Origin: a virus
Taxonomy: Duplodnaviria > Caudoviricetes
IMG/VR virus record: IMGVR_UViG_3300043120_000083
Location: 1 to 64,000 of that record
DNA: 64,000 nucleotides
Reading direction: 5' to 3' (one strand)
Numbering within the stretch: position 1 is the first letter of the stretch; every line of letters begins with the position of its first letter. Below, piece by piece: positions 29,611 to 39,324 of the stretch. The position numbers and the translations under genes were made by a program. The notes beneath the pieces were generated by a model. It had not been told where the DNA came from, ran no database searches, and saw nothing but the letters and a program-made list of their open reading frames with translations.

Positions 29611-30717
29611 ATGAAGTTTGAAGAAGAAATAATGAAAGCTCAAAGATCGCAAGAGCTAAATATGAATCTAAGTATAGAAGGTACAGACGAAAATACTTTT
29701 ATGAAGTCTTTTCAAGAAATTCTATATGAGAGTTACGACCGTGAAAGTTTTGAAAAAGCATGGTCTAAAGATTTACAAAGTAAATTTCCTTCTGGGGGCT
29801 GGAGGACAATCAACGGTGCAAAAGTTTTCATCAATAACGGTAAAGTGATTGCCGGATTAGATGGGTTTAACGGAGCGATTGATAAATTTTTTGAAGAGAA
29901 GAAGGGGAAAAGTGAAGGTAAGGGGAGTAGTAAATTACAAGAAAGAACAGATAAATTATTAAAGGAATATTACGAAAAAGATAAAGGGATAAAAGAAAAG
30001 GTAGTAAAAAGGGGTGTTGCAGAAAGCACGGCCAAAATAGATGCTAAAAAAAGAGGTAGTGAATTTTCAGTAAAGCCTGACGAAAATGAAAAAGGTAAAT
30101 TTAAGGTAGTTCATAATGTAAAAGGTGATGCAGAAGGGTTGTCTTTTGAGCAGTATAAAGATAAATATGGAGATCAATTATCAGTTACAGCTAAAAACCA
30201 AATAGATTACAAAGATAAAAATGAAGGCAAAGGTTCAGACAGTAAAAGTCTATCAAAAGAAAGTAAGGAAGAGATAAAAGAAAGAATTAAAGAATATAAG
30301 TCATTATCTGAAAAAGAAAGAAATAAAAAAAGAGATAAATGGATGTCTAATATTATGGAATTAAAGACTGATTTAGAAAAACAAACAGATGAGAAGGTTA
30401 AGGAGGTGTATGAAAAACAACTTAAATATTGGGATGAATTATTTACAGAGAAAAACAAGGCAGATAAAGAATTAAATATCCCTATATTAAAACAATCAGA
30501 TAAGCAATTCCTTGAAGGCTCGTGGAAATTTGGAGGAACACGTAAGGAACTTGTAGAAGGATGGACAGAACAAGCATTACAAGAAGTAGGTAAGGGTAAG
30601 AAATTTAACACTAAAGAAGAAGCTGCCAAAGAAGTTATGAGTATGGCTAAAGTTATTAAAGGTATTGATGATGAAAAATATAGAGCCTATAAAATGGTAG
30701 CAGAAAATCTTAAATAA
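29611..30717 (+). CDS. Lys/Glu-rich putative internal virion protein
   Basis: Repeated IMKA/FMKS/FEKA followed by 'WRTINGAKVFI'. Confidence 0.5.
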   Translation: MKFEEEIMKAQRSQELNMNLSIEGTDENTFMKSFQEILYESYDRESFEKAWSKDLQSKFPSGGWRTINGAKVFINNGKVIAGLDGFNGAIDKFFEEKKGKSEGKGSSKLQERTDKLLKEYYEKDKGIKEKVVKRGVAESTAKIDAKKRGSEFSVKPDENEKGKFKVVHNVKGDAEGLSFEQYKDKYGDQLSVTAKNQIDYKDKNEGKGSDSKSLSKESKEEIKERIKEYKSLSEKERNKKRDKWMSNIMELKTDLEKQTDEKVKEVYEKQLKYWDELFTEKNKADKELNIPILKQSDKQFLEGSWKFGGTRKELVEGWTEQALQEVGKGKKFNTKEEAAKEVMSMAKVIKGIDDEKYRAYKMVAENLK

Positions 30718-30745
30718 TAACAAATCAATTAAACACTATTAATTT

Positions 30746-31180
30746 ATGCAAGTAAAGATTATCAACAAGAGTAACAACCCCAACCCATCTTTTTCAACTG
30801 AAGGCTCAGCAGGTGTTGATCTTAGAGCTTTTATTGATGAAGAAATTATTGTGAAACCATTAGAAAGAGTTATGGTACCTACAGGATTGTTTATTGAATT
30901 ACCTAAAGGAACAGAAGCTCAAATTAGACCCAGAAGTGGTTTGTCGGCAAAGTATGGTATTACAGTTCTTAATTCTCCGGGAACTATAGATTCTGACTTT
31001 AGGGGTGAAATTAAGGTAATTCTTGTAAATCTATCATCGGAAGATTTTAAAATATCTAACGGAGATAGGGTTTGCCAAATGGTAATAAGTAAATATGAAA
31101 AATTTACTTGGGAAGATATTTCGGAAATTACCCAAACAAACAGAGGTTCAGGTGGTTTTGGTCATACAGGAGTAAAATAA
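30746..31180 (+). CDS. dut: trimeric dUTPase
   Basis: 'SAGVDL', 'RPRSGL', 'GTIDSDFRGEI', 'RGSGGFGHTG'. Confidence 0.97.
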   Translation: MQVKIINKSNNPNPSFSTEGSAGVDLRAFIDEEIIVKPLERVMVPTGLFIELPKGTEAQIRPRSGLSAKYGITVLNSPGTIDSDFRGEIKVILVNLSSEDFKISNGDRVCQMVISKYEKFTWEDISEITQTNRGSGGFGHTGVK

Positions 31181-31185
31181 ATTTT

Positions 31186-31216
31186 AAGTGGGGAGTAAAA
31201 TCCCCACTTTTATTTT
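31186..31216 (+). terminator. intrinsic terminator
   Basis: AAGTGGGGA-gtaaaa-TCCCCACTT followed by a T-rich tail. Confidence 0.8.
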
Positions 31217-31244
31217 GTAAAAACATATAAAAGTTATATGTTTG
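31214..31244 (+). promoter_or_regulatory. Bacteroidota-type promoter with embedded palindrome (copy 2)
   Basis: TTTG(31214)-19 nt-TATGTTTG(31237); contains the perfect inverted repeat AAACATATAA-aag-TTATATGTTT. Confidence 0.8.
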
Positions 31245-31275
31245 TCTCCAGATAAAAACCAAAACAAAACACAAA

Positions 31276-32946
31276 ATGATTAACAAAGATTTCTATCCAA
31301 CACCAGAAGAAGTAATTCTTCAGATGGTTCAATTTGCTGATTTTCAAAACAAAGTTTGTTACGATCCAAGTGCAGGGAAAGGAGACATTATAGACTTCTT
31401 AAACTTGAATGGAGCAAAAGAGGTATTATTCTCAGAAATTGAGCCGGACTTAATTAAAATATGCGAAACTAAAGGAAGAAAAATAGGCGAAGACTTTTTG
31501 AAAGTAGAATCACATCAAATTTCACATGTAGATTTTATATTTATGAACCCTCCCTATTCTAAAGATGAAACACATATTCTACATGCTTACGAGATAGCTC
31601 CTCCCGGATGTCAAATTGTAGCCTTATGTAATTGGGAAACTTACAATTTAGCAAGAAGTAGAGAAAGAATACAATTTAAAATCCTTGTAGATAAACATGG
31701 AGGTATTGAAAACATAGGTAATGCTTTTAAAAGTGCCGAAAGAAAAACAAATATTGAGATAGGGTTAATCCGTCTATTTAAACCAGCAGAAAGCGAAGAG
31801 TCCGAATTTGAAGGCTATTTTGATTTAACTGATGAAGAAGAAGCTCAATATAATAACGGAGTAATGCCTTTTAATGAAATTAGAGATATTGTAAATAGGT
31901 ATGTGGGTTCAGTTAAAAGATTTGATCAAGTAATGCGGGTCAATAAGGAGATGAACGACATTATACGGCCAATATCCACTAAGATTAATGTTTCTTTTGG
32001 TGTTCAAGGACAAGGGGTAAACGATAGAGAAAGTTTCAAGAAAGAACTTCAAAAAGCTGCATGGTGGACAGTATTTCATAAGATGGATATGCGTAAATAC
32101 ACTACCGAAAGTGTAATGCGAAAACTTAACAACTTTGTGGAGAAACAGGAAAAAATCCCTTTTACTATGTCTAATGTGAAGAAGATGGTTGAGATGGTTA
32201 TAGGAACGCATGGTGACAGAATGGGACGGGTACTCATAGAGATATTTGATTGGCTGACCGAACGCTATAAGGAGAACAGAAAGGGATTGGAAGGATGGAA
32301 AACAAACTCTATGTATTTTGTCGATAAAAAGTTTATTGCCCCTTATACAGGAATAGGTATGGATTCCAGCGGTCATCCTGAAATACGATGGAGTCAGTCT
32401 GGACAAAAAATGGATGAATTAACTAAAGCATTATGTTTCCTAACTGGACAGAATTACGATAACTTTGAAGACTTGTATAGTTTTTTCAGGCCAAAAGAGG
32501 TATATAATTACGATGCTCAGGAAGCTATTGAAGAACTTGCAGAATATATGGGTATTGATAAAGATAAAGCAGAGATTATCCACAATAAATGTAAATATGT
32601 AGATGAAGAGGTAAACAGAAATAGATTTTACAACAATTTTCACTACAATTTAGGTTTAAGTAAAGAGTTCATAGATAAAGTTTACGACTTCTATATTGAA
32701 AAGAAATACCCGGAGAAGTGTTGGGGTAAAATGTATGAAAAGAAAGAATGGGGGACTTGGATGGATTGGGGTTTCTTTGAGATAAAAGTTTTCAAAAAAG
32801 GCACGATGCACGGAAAGTTCAAAGATGAAAAAGTATGGGAGATGTTTAACGTAGCTTGTGCAAAAGCAAAAGGTTGGAAACTTCCTACTAATACCGGAAG
32901 TGACGTAAGAAGAAAAACAAACGGAGTAGAAATATATCAAGACTAA
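31276..32946 (+). CDS. N6-adenine DNA methyltransferase fused to DUF4942-like domain
   Basis: 'FYPTP', 'DPSAGKG', 'MNPPY'; C-terminal 'GFFEIKVFKKGTMHGKF'. Confidence 0.8.
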   Translation: MINKDFYPTPEEVILQMVQFADFQNKVCYDPSAGKGDIIDFLNLNGAKEVLFSEIEPDLIKICETKGRKIGEDFLKVESHQISHVDFIFMNPPYSKDETHILHAYEIAPPGCQIVALCNWETYNLARSRERIQFKILVDKHGGIENIGNAFKSAERKTNIEIGLIRLFKPAESEESEFEGYFDLTDEEEAQYNNGVMPFNEIRDIVNRYVGSVKRFDQVMRVNKEMNDIIRPISTKINVSFGVQGQGVNDRESFKKELQKAAWWTVFHKMDMRKYTTESVMRKLNNFVEKQEKIPFTMSNVKKMVEMVIGTHGDRMGRVLIEIFDWLTERYKENRKGLEGWKTNSMYFVDKKFIAPYTGIGMDSSGHPEIRWSQSGQKMDELTKALCFLTGQNYDNFEDLYSFFRPKEVYNYDAQEAIEELAEYMGIDKDKAEIIHNKCKYVDEEVNRNRFYNNFHYNLGLSKEFIDKVYDFYIEKKYPEKCWGKMYEKKEWGTWMDWGFFEIKVFKKGTMHGKFKDEKVWEMFNVACAKAKGWKLPTNTGSDVRRKTNGVEIYQD

Positions 32947-32950
32947 ACCT

Positions 32951-33148
32951 ATGAGAACAAGAAAAAGAAGAACTATAAAGAAACTTCCTCCCAACTCTAA
33001 CATTGTTGCAGTTAAAGAAAATTTATGCGCAAAAGCTAAGTTTTACCATGTATTTAATATAGATGGATATTTGGAGAAGTGTAAACAAGAAAATAAAATT
33101 GCTTACTTTGCAGGAGTTTCTAACGGAAAAGGAGAATTAGTTTTATGA
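32951..33148 (+). CDS. hypothetical protein
   Basis: 65 aa ORF in operon. Confidence 0.45.
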   Translation: MRTRKRRTIKKLPPNSNIVAVKENLCAKAKFYHVFNIDGYLEKCKQENKIAYFAGVSNGKGELVL

Positions 33149-33378
33149 CAACAATCAAACAACAAAAAACTTGGGAAACCGTTTTCTTTACAGCAGAAGA
33201 AGATGGTATTACAGCCACAGTAGAACTTGAACTAAACCATTCCACAGAACAATGGCAAATTTGCACGTCTGGACAGGAAATGGTGGACTTTGAGAAGGAT
33301 TCTATACAAGAGGGTGAACTAAGAATAAAGGCTTTAAATGCAGCCGTAAACTATGTAAAACAACAATTTGATAAATAA
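33145..33378 (+). CDS. hypothetical protein
   Basis: 77 aa ORF, ATGA overlap. Confidence 0.55.
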   Translation: MTTIKQQKTWETVFFTAEEDGITATVELELNHSTEQWQICTSGQEMVDFEKDSIQEGELRIKALNAAVNYVKQQFDK

Positions 33379-33382
33379 AATT

Positions 33383-34270
33383 ATGAATAAATTAACTTAT
33401 TTATGTTGCCCGTACACATGGTCTCCTGAAGAGTCATTTAATATAGCTAATGATGTAGCAGCTAAATTTATGAAGGATGGTAATGCAATATTTAGTCCAA
33501 TCTCACAATCGCATCCAATAAGTTTTTATATGGACAAAAAACTTCAAACAGATCATTCTTTTTGGATGAATATGGACTTACCTATGTTAAAAAAATGTGA
33601 TGAGCTGATAGCTGTTGTAATATCAAAAAATTATGGTTATGAACTATTAAACAACAGTAGGGGATGTCAAGAAGAAATAGAGTTAGCTAAGAAATTAAAC
33701 ATACCTACAAAATATTTTATTTATGAATATGAAGTATGGAAAGATGTTGTTGGATTTGAAGGTTTTTATCAAGTCAGCAACAAAGGTAGAGTTAAAAGTT
33801 TAAATAGATACACTAATCATAATTATGGAGGGCAAGCACTAAAAAAATCAAAAATACTAAAAATACAAAATTACAAAAACGGTTACACTTATGTACATTT
33901 AATGAATTTAAGTTATCACAAAAAAGTTAAAATTCACAGAGCTGTTGCCGAAGCATTTATCCCAAATCCTGAAAACAAAGAAACAGTTAACCATATTGAC
34001 GGAGACAAGTCAAATAATGATATTAGTAATTTAGAGTGGGCAACTTGGACAGAAAACAACAATCACGCCAGAATAAATAAATTAAATATTCCCGCTGTAG
34101 GAGAAAAGATTTTTCAATCTAAACTTAAAACTTGTCAGGTCAAAGAGATAATACAAATAAAAAAAGAACAAAAAATAAGTAATGCTAAAATAGCCAAAAT
34201 GTATAATGTGTCTTCTGAAACTATAAGAAGTATAGTTTCACGAAAGTCTTGGATACATGTTAATCTTTAA
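33383..34270 (+). CDS. DUF1937/nucleoside deoxyribosyltransferase-like domain fused to NUMOD4-HNH homing endonuclease
   Basis: N-terminal 'YLCCPYT..FSPISQSH..CDEL..SRGCQEEIELAKKLNIP', then 'EVWKDVVGFEGFYQVSNKGRVKS' and 'HRAVAEAF..VNHIDGDKSNN..NLEW'. Confidence 0.8.
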   Translation: MNKLTYLCCPYTWSPEESFNIANDVAAKFMKDGNAIFSPISQSHPISFYMDKKLQTDHSFWMNMDLPMLKKCDELIAVVISKNYGYELLNNSRGCQEEIELAKKLNIPTKYFIYEYEVWKDVVGFEGFYQVSNKGRVKSLNRYTNHNYGGQALKKSKILKIQNYKNGYTYVHLMNLSYHKKVKIHRAVAEAFIPNPENKETVNHIDGDKSNNDISNLEWATWTENNNHARINKLNIPAVGEKIFQSKLKTCQVKEIIQIKKEQKISNAKIAKMYNVSSETIRSIVSRKSWIHVNL

Positions 34271-34287
34271 TATAAACTATTATCAAT

Positions 34288-34698
34288 ATGTCAGAGAATA
34301 ACCCTAAATACGGATTAAGGTACAACGAAAATAAACCACAATGGTCACTTGTTGATTTTGATTCATTAGAATCTATGGTAAAAGTTTTAGAGTATGGAGC
34401 GCACAAATATAGCATATTTGAAGATGATAACGGAAAACAATACAAGGGTTCAGAAATAACAAAAGAACAGGCATGCAAGCTAACACAAATTTATTCTGGA
34501 AAAGATAATTGGAAAAATGGAATGCCAGTTTCTAAAATTATGGAGTCTTTATTAAGACACGCCTTTGCTTTACTTAGAGGAGAATTTGTAGATGAAGAAA
34601 TCGGACAAGAACATATAGGTCATTTAATGTGCAATGCTATGTTTGTCTCTTATATGCTGAAAAATAAACCAGAATTAAACGATTTAATAAAGAAATAG
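34288..34698 (+). CDS. dATP/dGTP diphosphohydrolase-like protein (DUF5664)
   Basis: 'GLRYNENKPQWSLV..VLEYGAHKY..DNWKNG..SLLRH..D.E.G..H..H..CN'. Confidence 0.8.
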   Translation: MSENNPKYGLRYNENKPQWSLVDFDSLESMVKVLEYGAHKYSIFEDDNGKQYKGSEITKEQACKLTQIYSGKDNWKNGMPVSKIMESLLRHAFALLRGEFVDEEIGQEHIGHLMCNAMFVSYMLKNKPELNDLIKK

Positions 34699-34702
34699 AT
34701 AT

Positions 34703-35353
34703 ATGAAAGTAAAACTAATTAGCTTAACTCAAGGACAAGGAGAATTTGAAGGCAAAACAGCAGAAGAAATAATTGTATATGCAGCCCGGGTTTCTTCTAA
34801 TCGAAAAGATAAATTTGAATCCCCGGATAAACTTTTGGCTTATTGTATTAAAAACAAACATTGGTCTATCTTTGAGACAGCATATATAACCTTTGAGATA
34901 AACACAAGTCGTTCTATTGGAAGGCAGTTATTACGTCATCGTTCAGCAACCTTTCAGGAATTTTCCCAAAGATATTCAAAAGTTAACAATTTTGAAGATA
35001 TTGAGTTAAGACAGCAAGCCAAAATAAACAGGCAAAGCAGTGAAGATGTTATCAACCCAACTTTGGATAGTGGCTTGACAGCACAGGAAGAAATAGAAGG
35101 AGCGTTGAGTAATATTAGCTCCCTATATGATGAACTGATAGAAAAAGGAGTCGCTAAAGAAACTGCAAGAGATATACTCCCTGCATGTGCTTCTACAAAA
35201 ATGTATATGACAAACAACCTAAGAAATTGGATTCATTTTATTCAGGTACGGGAAGACGGTCATGCACAAAAAGAAGTAAGATTGATAGCTACAGAGATAA
35301 AAAACTACTTAAAAACTTATTTCCCTAATGTATCAAAAGCATTAAACTGGTAA
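34703..35353 (+). CDS. thyX: flavin-dependent thymidylate synthase
   Basis: 'HWSIFE', signature 'RHRSATFQEFSQRY', 'ARDILP', 'HAQKEVR'. Confidence 0.95.
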   Translation: MKVKLISLTQGQGEFEGKTAEEIIVYAARVSSNRKDKFESPDKLLAYCIKNKHWSIFETAYITFEINTSRSIGRQLLRHRSATFQEFSQRYSKVNNFEDIELRQQAKINRQSSEDVINPTLDSGLTAQEEIEGALSNISSLYDELIEKGVAKETARDILPACASTKMYMTNNLRNWIHFIQVREDGHAQKEVRLIATEIKNYLKTYFPNVSKALNW

Positions 35354-35355
35354 TT

Positions 35356-38300
35356 ATGTCAGAACTTGAACAATACCTAAAAGATCAAATAATTTCGTAT
35401 AAAAAAGACGGAGAAGTATTTCTAATAGATGGGAAGAAATACCAAGAAGTATTCCCAACAGAAGAAGGAATATTCTTTGATACTAATTTTCATTTTGTAT
35501 TTACCGAAGACGTACCTGAAGATTTAGATTTTTATATATACAAGTTCGGAGGTGTTTACTATTACACAACAGTAGGGCAAGAAAAAGACCCAAAAATTAA
35601 GAAACTTAAATACGTAGGTAAAGCAAAGCAATCCCTAAAAACAACTTCTTTCTTAGGGGTTCGTGGAGGATTTGAGTTATTGAATGGTTCCCGGTTATAT
35701 AAAGATTGGTGCGAAAAAGCAAAGTTTTTAGGGGTTAAGAATTTGGGTATTTGTGAAAAAAATACCCTTGCCGGAGCATTGAAATTCCAACTTGAATGCG
35801 AAAAGAATGAAATTAACCCTATCATAGGTGCAACTTACACTATCTTCAATAAGAAAAGGGATTTAAGATATGATGTAAAGTGTTATGTGGAGAATGAAAA
35901 AGGGTGGCATAACCTACTTGACTTGAATAAATATGTGAATATTGACAACCTTTCTTTCATTGAAGAAGAAACATTCTATAATCACATAGATGGATTAGTG
36001 ATAGTTCTTGACCCAAAGTCTTTGAATTTTGAAGATATTCCGGTTTACGGAGCATTTGATTTAGGAGCGCATTCTAATGTTTATTTTCAACTTGATACGG
36101 TTGAGTATGAAATGAATGAAAGAGATAAAGAATACCTTCTAAACCTGAAAAAATATGTAAATAGCGATATTCCCCCTGTAAGTATTACAGATGCTTTTTA
36201 TCTTGACAAAGAAGATAGCTACATTAAGAACATCCTAAATTCAATCAGTAATGTAAGGGAAAATAAAAGCCACAATCAATATTTCAAAAATAAGGATGAT
36301 TATTTCTTTGAATTAGATGGGTTATTTAACCCGGAAAATGAGAGGTTTGAAACTATATTTAATGAAGCAGTAAATAACGAAAAAGAGATAGTGAGTCGTT
36401 GTAAATTTAAGGTTGACACAAAACAACGTCACCTCCCTAAATATACGATGAGTGAAGAAGAGAAAGAGAAATATGAAGATAATTTAGATATGTTTTGGGG
36501 ATTGATAGAAGAAGGTTTACAAAGGATTAACCCTAAAACAGATTTGAATAAGTATATTGAAAGGATAGATAAGGAGGTTGATGTAATCCAGAAGGGTAAT
36601 GTAGTTGATTACTTTTTGATAACTTATGATATTATTAGGTATTGTCGTGAGAATGAGATACTTACAGGGGTAGCACGTGGATCAGCCGGGGGTTCTTTAG
36701 TTAGTTTTTGTTTAGGAATTATTCACATTGATCCGTTAGAATTTGACCTTTTGTTTGAGCGTTTTCTTAATGAGGGCCGCGTAACTGTCTCATTACCAGA
36801 CATTGACAGTGACATGCCGGGAGAAAAAAGGCATTTAGTTAAATCGTTCATAGAAGAGAAATACGGTCACGATCAGGTTTGTTCTGTTGGAACTTACACG
36901 GCTCTTCAGTTAAGAGCAGCTATAAAAGATATTTCCAGACATTACAATATTGATTTTGGAGAGGTAAACATTGCTACTTCAGTTCTTGAAGTTGGAGATA
37001 AAACGGTTGAAGATTTGTTTAAAAAAGCATGTAAGAAAAGGATTTTAAAATCATTCATTAACAAACATCCAGAAGTAATCCATGATTTGCAATTAGTTTT
37101 AGGTCAACCAAAAGCAAAGTCAATACATGCCTGTGCAATGATTATCTTCCCTAAAGAAAAATCAATGTATCATTGGGTTCCGGTAAGAGAGCAAGACGGT
37201 ATGATTGTAAGCGAATGGGAAGGGGGAGAGTTAGATTCAGCAGGATTCTTAAAGCAGGATATTCTGGGGATTAAACAACTTGATAAATATCAAAGTATTC
37301 TTGATTCTATAAAGAAAATAGAAGGAGATGAAGTAAATATTTACAAGCTTCCTCTAAATGAAAAAGAAGTCTATAAATACTTTCAAAAAGGGTGGAATGG
37401 AGATATTTTTCACTTTGGCTCTAAAGGATTGACAAGTTATTGTAAAGATTTGAAACCTGAGAATATTGAAGATTTATTTGCTGCAATTTCCCTATATAGA
37501 CCGGGAGCAATGGAAAACAATTTTCATAACGAATATGTATTAAGAAAGGAGGGGAAAAGAGATGTTGAATATTTAGAAGGTCTTGAAAAGATAACAAGTG
37601 AAACTCTTGGTATTATCATTTATCAAGAACAAGTTATGCAAGCATGTGTACAGGTAGCTGGTTATTCGTTAGTTGAGTCTGACGACATCAGAAAAGCAAT
37701 GGGGAAAAAGAAAATGTCAATTCTTGGCAAACAAAAACCCAGATTTATAGGTGGATCAAAAGAAAACGGATATTCAGAAGAATACGCTGAAGAGTTATGG
37801 GAAAAACTTATTAAGTTTGCCGGGTATGGTTTTAATAAATCCCACGCAGCAGCTTATGCGGTTACAGGCTATATAGGTCAATGGCTAAAAGTACATTACC
37901 CTATCCATTTCTGGAGTACTGCTATTAACTACGCAAGTGAAGATGATATCCCCAGCTACATTAGTGAGATTAATACAACAGGTATTGTAAAAATTGCTTC
38001 TCCTGACATAAACAAGTCAGATACTAAGGTAAATACTGATTTTAACACCAATACAATCTATTGGGCATTAAGCAGCATTAAACAGTGTGGAGAAACTTCT
38101 ACTAACCAAATAATGAAGGAAAGAGAAGAAAATGGGGAGTATTTTAGTTTAGATGAGTTCTTGGAACGTCACTCCTTTAAAGGCAGTAAGGTAAATAAAA
38201 GGGTTATAGAAAACCTTATCTTATCCGGTGCATTTGATGAGATTGAGGATGTAAAAATGCCACAGGATAGATATACTCTAATTAATAAATTCAGGGAACG

Positions 38301-38754
38301 AAACAAGGTTAAAATAGACGAAGAAAAGGATTTCATAGATGAGAACTTTGTAAACGATGAATGGTGGTGGACACTTCAACAAAAGAGATTGTCAGGGATA
38401 GCATTTTTCAATTATACTGATATGTGTGATGTTCTATTAGATAGACCATACAAAGACCCGGTAGATTTTGAAGAAGAAACTTCTGTAAATGATAATGCTG
38501 GTGTTGGAGGTTACGTATTGGATGTTGAAGTTAAGAATAGTAAAAAAGGTTCTTTTGCTAAACTACTGATTGAGAATAATTACTCAATGATAAACATCCT
38601 AATTTGGCCTGAGCAGTATGAGCAGTTTGAAGAAGTTATTACAGATTGTAAGAAGTCTTTACTATTCATGACAGGAGTTGTGAAGTATGATAGCTATGGG
38701 AAAACCAATGTTCTTCAAAGCGACAGCAATTCTCAAATAAAAGTTCTCAAATAG
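35356..38754 (+). CDS. dnaE: DNA polymerase III alpha subunit (family C)
   Basis: 'RGSAGGSLV', 'LLFERFLN', 'LPDIDSD', 'YRPG', 'YQEQVM', 'GYGFNKSHAAAY'. Confidence 0.96.
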   Translation: MSELEQYLKDQIISYKKDGEVFLIDGKKYQEVFPTEEGIFFDTNFHFVFTEDVPEDLDFYIYKFGGVYYYTTVGQEKDPKIKKLKYVGKAKQSLKTTSFLGVRGGFELLNGSRLYKDWCEKAKFLGVKNLGICEKNTLAGALKFQLECEKNEINPIIGATYTIFNKKRDLRYDVKCYVENEKGWHNLLDLNKYVNIDNLSFIEEETFYNHIDGLVIVLDPKSLNFEDIPVYGAFDLGAHSNVYFQLDTVEYEMNERDKEYLLNLKKYVNSDIPPVSITDAFYLDKEDSYIKNILNSISNVRENKSHNQYFKNKDDYFFELDGLFNPENERFETIFNEAVNNEKEIVSRCKFKVDTKQRHLPKYTMSEEEKEKYEDNLDMFWGLIEEGLQRINPKTDLNKYIERIDKEVDVIQKGNVVDYFLITYDIIRYCRENEILTGVARGSAGGSLVSFCLGIIHIDPLEFDLLFERFLNEGRVTVSLPDIDSDMPGEKRHLVKSFIEEKYGHDQVCSVGTYTALQLRAAIKDISRHYNIDFGEVNIATSVLEVGDKTVEDLFKKACKKRILKSFINKHPEVIHDLQLVLGQPKAKSIHACAMIIFPKEKSMYHWVPVREQDGMIVSEWEGGELDSAGFLKQDILGIKQLDKYQSILDSIKKIEGDEVNIYKLPLNEKEVYKYFQKGWNGDIFHFGSKGLTSYCKDLKPENIEDLFAAISLYRPGAMENNFHNEYVLRKEGKRDVEYLEGLEKITSETLGIIIYQEQVMQACVQVAGYSLVESDDIRKAMGKKKMSILGKQKPRFIGGSKENGYSEEYAEELWEKLIKFAGYGFNKSHAAAYAVTGYIGQWLKVHYPIHFWSTAINYASEDDIPSYISEINTTGIVKIASPDINKSDTKVNTDFNTNTIYWALSSIKQCGETSTNQIMKEREENGEYFSLDEFLERHSFKGSKVNKRVIENLILSGAFDEIEDVKMPQDRYTLINKFRERNKVKIDEEKDFIDENFVNDEWWWTLQQKRLSGIAFFNYTDMCDVLLDRPYKDPVDFEEETSVNDNAGVGGYVLDVEVKNSKKGSFAKLLIENNYSMINILIWPEQYEQFEEVITDCKKSLLFMTGVVKYDSYGKTNVLQSDSNSQIKVLK

Positions 38755-38755
38755 T

Positions 38756-38786
38756 TTTGCAAATACATATAAAAGTAATTAATTTG
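38756..38786 (+). promoter_or_regulatory. promoter motif copy (TTTG...ACATATAAAAGTAATTAATTTG)
   Basis: Same spacing as the copies at 31214 and 48214. Confidence 0.65.
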
Positions 38787-38806
38787 TAGCACTTAAAAAT
38801 CAAAAC

Positions 38807-39319
38807 ATGAATCTAATTATTCACTTAGGAGACAATCCAGTCTCCCTAAAATTCAGAGAATTTGAAGAAGAAGTAGATGTTGACACACTAACATCTATTA
38901 ATTACAGCAACTTATACGGCGAAGCCGTTAGTGTTTCTGCACTTCTTAATCAAATTGGCTTATTAAAGGCAGAAGCAGAGAAGACCCACTCTATTAAAAA
39001 ACTTGAATTTGATATTTACGAAGCTGAGTTGAGAAGAAACATTCGTAAAGATTATTCTAAAAACAGTCTGAAACTTACAGAGAAAAACTTAGATGAAGAA
39101 GTTACTTTAGACAAGGCATGGCAGATTAGTAAAAAATCAGTTATTTCAGCAAAAAGAGATATGGATTTTATTGATGCTCTCTATTGGTCTATTCAAAGTA
39201 AGGATAAAAAACTTTCTGTGTTAGTTAAAGGAGTTACTCCTGAAGAACTTTACAATGAATTGGTTGACGGAGTTATAAATAATATAGTTATCAAAAAAGT
39301 TAAATCACCTTTAAAATAA
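38807..39319 (+). CDS. coiled-coil protein, possibly UvsY-like recombination mediator
   Basis: Helical 170 aa; 'KLTEKNLDEEV..D..W' pattern; near the ssb and recA genes. Confidence 0.4.
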   Translation: MNLIIHLGDNPVSLKFREFEEEVDVDTLTSINYSNLYGEAVSVSALLNQIGLLKAEAEKTHSIKKLEFDIYEAELRRNIRKDYSKNSLKLTEKNLDEEVTLDKAWQISKKSVISAKRDMDFIDALYWSIQSKDKKLSVLVKGVTPEELYNELVDGVINNIVIKKVKSPLK

Positions 39320-39324
39320 AAACT

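Noticed and set aside
34288-34698. Z-base (2-aminoadenine) genome
   Set aside because: Only a DUF5664-like hydrolase is present. No purZ is in the window, and adenine methyltransferases are encoded.
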